The notes under the pieces: model-generated
The model's database searches: none
Told to the model about the DNA's origin: nothing
The model's input: the letters and a program-made list of their open reading frames with translations, nothing else
Position numbers and translations under genes: made by a program
Part shown: one piece after another, positions 57,313 through 64,000 of the stretch
Layout of the letters: the number at the start of each line of letters is the position of its first letter
Numbering within the stretch: position 1 is the first letter of the stretch
DNA from: Candidatus Latescibacterota bacterium
GTDB lineage: Bacteria; Latescibacterota; UBA2968
DNA: 64,000 nt
Assembly: GCA_965198115.1 (NCBI GenBank)
Contig: OZ240241.1
Span: 5,024,001-5,088,000, forward strand
Reading direction: 5' to 3'

Positions 57313-58638
57313 GTGATTCATAGAGAAGCGGCGCGGTACATACCGGTTGTCGAAGAGACCGATGTGGTCGTTTGCGGAGGCGGACCTGCGGGGATTGCTG
57401 CGGCGCTGGCTGCTGCCCGTACTGGTGCCCGGACACGACTGATCGAGTTGCACGGTGCTCTGGGTGGGGTCTGGACGACGGGTGCGCTGAGCTGGATCAT
57501 CGACTCGGCGAACAAACCGGGCATCATGGCCGAGCTGACGAGACGGTTGGATGAGCGGGAGGCGCGACGGGCACGGGTCGAAGGGGGAAAGAACTACGCA
57601 TACGATGTGGAGGAGATGAAGCTGCTGCTGGAGGAGATGTGCGGGGAAGCGAACGTGGACGTACGTCTTCACACGCGTGTCGTGGCTGCGGCGCGCGCTT
57701 CGGACAATCGATTGTCCGTCGTGATGACCGAGTCGAAGGCTGGCCGCGAAGCCTGGGCAGCAGATGTCTTCGTAGACACGACGGGGGACGGCGATCTCGG
57801 GTTCGTGGCGGGCTGTGGGTTCGACATGGGGCATCCCGAGACCGGAGCCGTACAGCCCATGAGTCTGATGGCACTGGTGACCGGCCTTCGGTTCGAAGAC
57901 GTCGAAGCTTACGTGGGTGGGTCGTTGCGAGAACCGAAGCAACGGCTCGCTAAGCTTATGGAAGAAGCGGGCGTGCCACCCTCTTACGGTCACCCGACGC
58001 TCTTCCGAGTCCGTGACGACCTGTTCGCGATGATGGCCAACCACCAGTACGACACCAAGTGCAACGATGCGGAGGCGCTGACGGCGGCGACGATCCGCGG
58101 GCGTCGTGAGATCCACGATCAAGTCGCCGCACTGCGCAGACTCGGAGGGGAGTGGAAGGACGTCCGCGTGGTTACGACGGGTGCTCAGATCGGGGTGCGA
58201 GAGGGGCGCCGTATCCACGGACGATACGAGGTCACCGCGCAGGATCTATTGCAAGGAGCACGGTTCGAGGATGCGGTCTGTCGAGTGACGATGGGGATCG
58301 ACGTTCACTCGACGGATCCGAACCGGACGAAGATCGTGGAGGAAAAGCCACATCGGTCTCAACCCTACGACATCCCTCTGCGGGCCTTGATCGCCCGCGA
58401 CGTGGACGGACTTATGATGGCCGGGCGCTGCATCAGCGGCGACTTTATCGCGCACTCCAGCTATCGCGTAACCGGCAACGCAGTCGCCATGGGGCAGGCC
58501 GCGGGTGCGACTTCGGCCCTGGCGGCAAGGTTGAATCGCCTCCCGCACGAAGTCTCCTGGGTGAACGTAAAGGAGGCGTTGAACCTGATTGACGAGACCC
58601 ACGAGGCGTCCGTCGGGTCGGCGCCTACAGCTGTGTGA
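57313..58638 (+). CDS. FAD-dependent oxidoreductase (FAD_oxidored family)
   Basis: GGGPAG, DTTGDGD, GVREGRRI and AGRCISGD..AHSSYRV motifs. Confidence 0.9.
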   Translation: MIHREAARYIPVVEETDVVVCGGGPAGIAAALAAARTGARTRLIELHGALGGVWTTGALSWIIDSANKPGIMAELTRRLDEREARRARVEGGKNYAYDVEEMKLLLEEMCGEANVDVRLHTRVVAAARASDNRLSVVMTESKAGREAWAADVFVDTTGDGDLGFVAGCGFDMGHPETGAVQPMSLMALVTGLRFEDVEAYVGGSLREPKQRLAKLMEEAGVPPSYGHPTLFRVRDDLFAMMANHQYDTKCNDAEALTAATIRGRREIHDQVAALRRLGGEWKDVRVVTTGAQIGVREGRRIHGRYEVTAQDLLQGARFEDAVCRVTMGIDVHSTDPNRTKIVEEKPHRSQPYDIPLRALIARDVDGLMMAGRCISGDFIAHSSYRVTGNAVAMGQAAGATSALAARLNRLPHEVSWVNVKEALNLIDETHEASVGSAPTAV

Positions 58639-58639
58639 C

Positions 58640-59553
58640 TTGACCCTTCCTCTCGACATCCGGCCAGCGACCGAATCGGATGCTGCTGAACTGGCCGATC
58701 TGATCCACGCTTCAACGAATCACTGGTATGCCACGCATGGCATGGGAACGATCTTCTCCGGGCCGCCCCCGTCGACGACGACGCTCTTCTTCGAAGTCTA
58801 TGAGGCGCTTGACCCGGGGTGCAGCCTCGTGGCTGTCCACGCGGAGACCGGCGGTCTTGTCGGGTCGTGTTTTTACCATCGCGCGCGACGCATTTGTCTC
58901 TCGGGATCATGAATGTCCATCCCAGCTACTTCGGGGGCGGTGTCGCCAGCGCATTGCTGCAGTCGATTTGCCAACGAGCGGATGATATCGGCAAGCCACT
59001 CCGACTCGTGTCGAGCGCGCTGAATCTGGACTCCTATTCGCTCTACACGCGCGCCGGCTTCGTTCCGCGCGCGCTCTTTCAGGATATGCTGATCGAGGAT
59101 GTCGAGGCGATTCCTCGGCCGGGTTCTGTGCGTCTCGCATCCCTGGATGACGTGCCGGGCATCGTCGCTCTGGAATCGGCTGTGAGCGGTATTCGGCGAG
59201 AACGCGACTGGCGTTACTTTCTGACAGACGATCACGGATGGCGGGTGGCCGTCGTTGACGGGAACGAGGGTATAGACGGTGTGCTGGCTTCGATCGATCA
59301 TTCAGGTTCGTGTCTCCTCGGCCCGGGTGTGATGCGGACGCCGGAGGCTGCCGAGGATCTGATCGCCGATCAATTGCACGTCGAACGCGGAGGCACGCCT
59401 GTGTTTCTGGTGCCAGCCGCGTGCGAATCGCTCGTTGAAACACTCTACGGGTGGGGGGCGAGAAATTGCGAGTTGCACGTCGCCCAGTGTCGGGGCAGAT
59501 GGACGGAACCCGATGGCGTGGTGATGCCGACGTTCATGCCTGAGACGGGATAG
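58640..59553 (+). CDS. GNAT acetyltransferase with an apparent 1-nt deletion near 58880
   Basis: IRPATESD...GSCFYH joins (P)RATHLSLGIMNVHPSYFGGGVASALL...LYTRAGF. Confidence 0.8.
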
Positions 59554-59624
59554 GACAGTTGTCAGCGGCGAGTCGTCAGTCGTCAGAAACATCGATCACA
59601 TTCGAGCTCGATGACCGAGGGTTT

Positions 59625-60479
59625 ATGCTCGATCGGGTGATTGCATACGGGAGAATGATCAAGTTTTCCCACAGCATCTTCGCGCTTCCGTTTGCGTTCA
59701 GCGCGGTGGCGCTCGCGGCGCTCGACACGTCGATCACTCCGAGGGTCGTCTTCTGGATTGCCGTGGCGATGGTGGGGGCCCGGAGCGCCGCCATGGGGTT
59801 CAACCGGCTCGTCGATCGTCGGATCGATGCCGAAAACCCCCGCACCGCGGGGCGAGAGCTTCCGACCGGTGTCATATCTCCGGCTGCGGTCAAGGTTCTG
59901 GTGGCGATCTCATCGATCGTTCTCGTCGTGGCATCCTATCGGCTCAACCCGCTCTGCTTCGCACTGTCACCCGTGGCCCTGCTTATCGTGTTCTTCTATT
60001 CCTACACGAAGCGATTCACGTGGGGGACGCAGCTGTTTCTGGGCCTTGCTCTGTCTGTTGCTCCGATCGGGGCCTGGATCGCGGTCACGGGTTCTCTGTC
60101 ACCCAGGATCCTGCTCCTGGGTGGGGCGGTACTGTTCTGGGTCGCGGGGTTCGACATCATCTATGCCACGCAGGACGAAACCTTCGACCGCTCGTTCGGT
60201 GTTCACTCCATCCCACAACGCTTCGGTGTCAGACGAGCATTGTGGGTCTCTCGCCTTCTGCACGTTGTCGCATTCGGATTGATGCTCGCAGTCGGTCGCG
60301 CGTTCGGTCTGGGGCCGATCTACTTCATCGGGGTGTTTGGGATCGGGGGGTTGCTGGTTTACGAGCATCGACTCGTGGGTCCGGAGGATCTGTCGAAGAC
60401 GGCGATGGCCTTCATGAATCTGAACGCGATCATCAGTTGCGTCTATTTCGCTTTCACTCTGGGAGATGTCCTGCTGTGA
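59625..60479 (+). CDS. mqnP: UbiA-family prenyltransferase (MqnP-like, futalosine menaquinone pathway)
   Basis: HSIFALPFA, ARSAAMGFNRLVDRRID..NPRT..RELP and FDIIYATQD motifs. Confidence 0.8.
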   Translation: MLDRVIAYGRMIKFSHSIFALPFAFSAVALAALDTSITPRVVFWIAVAMVGARSAAMGFNRLVDRRIDAENPRTAGRELPTGVISPAAVKVLVAISSIVLVVASYRLNPLCFALSPVALLIVFFYSYTKRFTWGTQLFLGLALSVAPIGAWIAVTGSLSPRILLLGGAVLFWVAGFDIIYATQDETFDRSFGVHSIPQRFGVRRALWVSRLLHVVAFGLMLAVGRAFGLGPIYFIGVFGIGGLLVYEHRLVGPEDLSKTAMAFMNLNAIISCVYFAFTLGDVLL

Positions 60480-60489
60480 GGGTCGAATC

Positions 60490-61092
60490 GTGAAACGTTT
60501 GACTGTCGGCGTTACGGGCGCCAGCGGCGCGATCTATGCCGTCAGGACGCTTCGCGCCCTGCTGATGGCCGATCTGCGCGTGGACCTGATCGTGTCGGAG
60601 ACGGGTTGGATGCTGCTGAGGGACGAAGCCGGTTTTGACGGCAAACGGACGGACTTCGTCGATTATCTGGGATCCTTGTTCGAGGATGACGCGCCCGTCG
60701 GCACGGTCCAGCTCCATCAGTCGAGCGATTTCGCTGCCCCGATCTCGAGCGGGTCGGTCGATTCCCTGGGCACGGTGATCGTGCCGTGCTCGATGCGCTA
60801 CCTGGCGGGTGTTGCCAATGGCGCCTCCAGCAATCTGATCGAGCGAGCGGCTGACGTGACGCTCAAAGAGCATCGTCGTCTCGTGCTCGTGACACGCGAG
60901 ACGCCGATGAATCTGATCCAGCTTCGCAATCAGGTTTCTGCTGCGGAGGCGGGTGCCATTATCCTCCCCGCCTCGCCCGCTTTTTACCAGGAGCCGGCGA
61001 CGTTCGACGATCTGGCCGACTTCATTGCGGGACGTATCCTGAATCTCTTTGGACTACCCCACCAGCTGTTTCCGACGTGGCGGGGCGAGTAA
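60490..61092 (+). CDS. ubiX: Flavin prenyltransferase
   Basis: TGASGA, ISSGS, PCSM, RAADVTLKE, RETP and PAFY motifs. Confidence 0.95.
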   Translation: MKRLTVGVTGASGAIYAVRTLRALLMADLRVDLIVSETGWMLLRDEAGFDGKRTDFVDYLGSLFEDDAPVGTVQLHQSSDFAAPISSGSVDSLGTVIVPCSMRYLAGVANGASSNLIERAADVTLKEHRRLVLVTRETPMNLIQLRNQVSAAEAGAIILPASPAFYQEPATFDDLADFIAGRILNLFGLPHQLFPTWRGE

Positions 61093-61116
61093 CTCGCCAC
61101 CCACCCACCTCAAACC

Positions 61117-61549
61117 CTACCGATGCTTGCCGTAGCCTTTGGCGAAAGCGATGAAATCGTTGAACGCCGTCTGTCCGTCGCCGTCGAGGTCGAACGCAGG
61201 GTCGTTGTCTCCAAAGCCTCGCGCGAAGGACAGGAAGTCTGAAAAGTCGACGCGGCCGTCGCCATTGAAGTCGACCGCTTCGAGCTCCGGGGCTTCGTTG
61301 ACGAGTGGGACGAAGGCGGATTGGCCGGGAAGGGCGGACGCGATGACGTTGGATGACACTTCGAACCAGGACCTGAGCAGGGAAGCATGAGACCTGGCGA
61401 AAGTCGTAGGTGTGATAGAAGTCGCCGCGGCTGTCGGTACTCCCGAAACTGGGGTCGCCGCCGAGGATGCCCCCCTTGACCTCGGGACCGAACAGGAAGA
61501 GAGGCGCAGCCGTTCCGTGATCGGTGCCGGCGCTCCCGTTTTCTTCGAC
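61117..61549 (-). pseudogene. C-terminal remnant of a DUF1501-family protein fused to an EF-hand/dockerin-like module
   Basis: Alternate frame reads VEENGSAGTDHGTAAPLFLFG..VKGG..GD...DFRQV; after a frameshift near 61389 it continues ASLL.SWF...DFNGDGRVDFSDF. Confidence 0.7.
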
Positions 61550-61700
61550 ACAGCCGCCTTTTCGGGCTACGGCGGGCGGTGTTCGGTGTTTCGGAAGGCA
61601 AAGACCGTGCCCGTGCCTGAATATCAGCTTCCGGCGATCTTCGATCGAGACGTGGACGGCCGATCGTCACGAAACGTCAACCGGCCTGTTACTGATCGTG

Positions 61701-62030
61701 CTACAACCCCTGCATCTGCTTCAGGACTTCGGATTGGGCCTCGTAGTGCAGCTTGCTGGCCTTGACGAGCGCTTCCTGGCTCTGGATGAGGGCGTTTTCC
61801 AGAGCGCGTGCCCGGTCGGATGTCATACCGATCTCGATGTTCACGGCGACCTTCGCTTCGAGGCTGTCGCGCATGGTCTGGAGGCGTTGCTTCTCGTGCT
61901 CCCAGTCCGTGCGGACACGCTCGACCACCGTGATCTGATGAGGTACGCTTTCGGCGTCATCCCCACGACACGATGAAAGGAGCACGATCGCTACGAACAA
62001 CAGAACGTGGGTGATCTTGAACCAGCCGAA
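61701..62030 (-). CDS. Small coiled-coil lipoprotein (start uncertain)
   Basis: Hydrophobic stretch, LLSS-C lipobox, helical remainder. Confidence 0.55.
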   Translation of the reverse strand, partial: FGWFKITHVLLFVAIVLLSSCRGDDAESVPHQITVVERVRTDWEHEKQRLQTMRDSLEAKVAVNIEIGMTSDRARALENALIQSQEALVKASKLHYEAQSEVLKQMQGL

Positions 62031-62040
62031 GGGTCGCTTG

Positions 62041-62889
62041 TTAAGCGACGAAGTGGCGATAGAGGGACTTGATGTTGTCGGGCAGGTTGTCGAAAGCATT
62101 TTTCTGGATGGGTACCGATTCGTAGTTCTTGCCACCGGTCTCGACGACCATCTGCGTGTGTTCGGGAGCCCCGATCATCGAGGGGTTGAGGTTGAGCCAC
62201 CACGGGGCGTAGCGGATGATGAGGGCGACCCGGTCTTCTTCACTCTCGTTGGGTGCGACGGCGTGCCACAGTCGGCTGTCGTAGATGAGAACCGAGCCGG
62301 CTTTTCCTTCCGCCTGCACTTCGTCAACGGCGGGGCCATCGGGGTCGAAGCCATCGATTTCGCCCATAGACGGGTTAACCTGTTGGTGATGGCTACCGGG
62401 GCGAAGGAACGTGCCGCCGTTTCGGGCGCTGAAATCGGTGAGCATCCAGATCGTGGACATATGGACCATGACCGGCGGGTAGGGAGCCCGAATGTGGGAG
62501 GCATTCGTCTGGTTGTAGGGCCAGTCGGAGTGCCAGTAACCTCGCTCGTTGCCGGGGTGGTTGACGACGACGTCCGTGCACGAGATTCTCACGTATTCGC
62601 CGAAGAAGGCATCGGCGATAGCCATGATTCTGTCGTCGGCGAGGTAGGACGCGAAGCTCTGCGTGTCGTTGATGACCTGCTTGTGGACGCCGACTCCCTG
62701 TGCGCCGATGCGGTGTCCCCGGGATCGAGTCGCAGCCTGGCGGGCTTCATTTTCGGCGTTCCGGGCGAGCTGAATGCCGACGACCTCGTCCCGAATGTCG
62801 GCGACTCTGTCGGCTGGAATGACGTTGGGGAGGATTTCGTAGCCGTGCTCGCGGATGTGGGCGACGTTGTCTTTTACGTTGATGCTCAT
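62041..62889 (-). CDS. Phytanoyl-CoA dioxygenase family Fe(II)/2OG enzyme
   Basis: WHSDWP, NGGT..PGSH, DSRLWH and DRVA motifs. Confidence 0.9.
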   Translation of the reverse strand: MSINVKDNVAHIREHGYEILPNVIPADRVADIRDEVVGIQLARNAENEARQAATRSRGHRIGAQGVGVHKQVINDTQSFASYLADDRIMAIADAFFGEYVRISCTDVVVNHPGNERGYWHSDWPYNQTNASHIRAPYPPVMVHMSTIWMLTDFSARNGGTFLRPGSHHQQVNPSMGEIDGFDPDGPAVDEVQAEGKAGSVLIYDSRLWHAVAPNESEEDRVALIIRYAPWWLNLNPSMIGAPEHTQMVVETGGKNYESVPIQKNAFDNLPDNIKSLYRHFVA

Positions 62890-63003
62890 GGATCGGGACC
62901 TCGTAGGTGCTGAAAGCGATGACAAAGATAAGACGGTGCCGAATATGTGCTTGGGGTTGGGTGAGGGCAAGCTCGTCAATAGGCTCTCCAGCCCGCGAGA
63001 CCC

Positions 63004-64000
63004 TCATTCAGTCCTGCTTATCCGCGCTCGTCTGATGTTTAGCACGACCAGGATGGCAGTCATCACAACGCCTGCCATGACCGGCCCGTATGAATCCACG
63101 GCTGGGCCGAGCAGGAGGATGCAGAAGGCGCTGAGCAGGAGCAGGATGCGCTCGCCGGCGTTGTGAGGGGCGATCAACCTTCCTGTGACGGACTGGGCGA
63201 GGGGAATCAGACCGAGGGCGGTGATGCCGACGGCGGAGAGCGTGGCGGCGAGTCCGTTTCCGTCGGGCAAGAGCAGCAGGTCGGGGCGAAGGACGAAGCA
63301 ATAGGGCAACGCGAACCCGACGAGGGCGTAGCGAAACGCGGCCACCGCGGAGGCCATGATGCCGGATCCGGCGATGGCACTCGCGGTGTAGGCGGCCAGT
63401 GCGACGGGGGGCGTCACCATCGACATCATTCCGAAATAGAAGATGAAGAGATGGGCAGCCAGAGGGACGACACCGAGTTCGCCGAGGACGGGTCCGACGA
63501 GGGTCGCCATGAGCAGGTAGCACACGGCCGAGGGGAGGCCCATACCCAGAATGATGGTGGAGACCATGAGCAGGATGAGCGCGAGGATCAGGCTTTCTCG
63601 AGCCAGGGAGAGGAGGACACCCGGAAGGCGGCTGCCGATTCCGGTGAGCGTGACGACGCCGATGATGATGCCCACGCAAGCGGCCGCCGCGATGAGCGGG
63701 ATTCCGGCCGTTGCGGTCCTTCGGCAAGCCTCGAGCAGGTCAGTGGGGTCAAGACGGGTTCGTCGGTCGATCGCGCCGACGATGACGATCACGACGAGGC
63801 CGACGCTGACGGCTCGAAAAGGCGTGTATCCTGCGATCAACAGGCCGATGAGCGATGCGAAGGCGGACAGAAACACGACACCCGCACTGGCTGGAGCCTT
63901 TGGTTCGTCATCGTGCGACGCCGGATCACTCTCTCCGTTCGAGGCGCTCTGCAAGTGAACGATCAGCAGGAGAACGGCGTAGTAGAGAAGGGCAGGGATG
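63004..64000 (-). CDS. TRAP transporter fused (4TM/12TM) permease, C-terminal part; start lies beyond the window
   Basis: ACVGIIIGV, ILGMGLP, AAHLFIFYFG and VTPPVALAAY motifs. Confidence 0.92.
   Translation of the reverse strand, partial: IPALLYYAVLLLIVHLQSASNGESDPASHDDEPKAPASAGVVFLSAFASLIGLLIAGYTPFRAVSVGLVVIVIVGAIDRRTRLDPTDLLEACRRTATAGIPLIAAAACVGIIIGVVTLTGIGSRLPGVLLSLARESLILALILLMVSTIILGMGLPSAVCYLLMATLVGPVLGELGVVPLAAHLFIFYFGMMSMVTPPVALAAYTASAIAGSGIMASAVAAFRYALVGFALPYCFVLRPDLLLLPDGNGLAATLSAVGITALGLIPLAQSVTGRLIAPHNAGERILLLLSAFCILLLGPAVDSYGPVMAGVVMTAILVVLNIRRARISRTE

Overview
GC-rich bacterial window, inferred to come from an FCB-group organism, most likely Ca. Latescibacterota (inference from the GWxTD/TPR protein, DUF6785-type permease, several phytanoyl-CoA dioxygenase paralogs, and proteins with paired DFDGDG..FSDF..FA..FG EF-hand/dockerin-like tails and an FlgD/T9SS-A-like C-terminal domain). 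About 1-34.4 kb is accessory. It holds the 3' part of a large cohesin/dockerin-like surface protein, then a catabolic island (signal-peptide-less glycoside-hydrolase-like proteins, PhyH dioxygenases, nitrilase, cupin, DUF6785 permease) carrying seven IS elements: IS200, two IS256, two ISL3, ISAzo13 and IS630. Several of these split genes that can be rebuilt exactly from their target-site duplications. About 34.5-64 kb is mostly housekeeping: a two-subunit pyruvate:ferredoxin oxidoreductase, PTS IIA, a third ISL3 copy, a BatA/vWA protein, topA-xerC followed by cell-surface genes, mqnP-ubiX and a TRAP permease. The best leads are (i) a cohesin-dockerin-like extracellular assembly whose candidate cargo is a metalloprotease, (ii) a PhyH-family Fe/2OG enzyme with an HxG halogenase-type metal motif, and (iii) 12-nt complementarity between the loop of the RBS-occluding hairpin and a 3' hairpin of the IS200. 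No rRNA, tRNA or CRISPR array was seen. All functional calls come from motif recognition by eye; no database searches were run.
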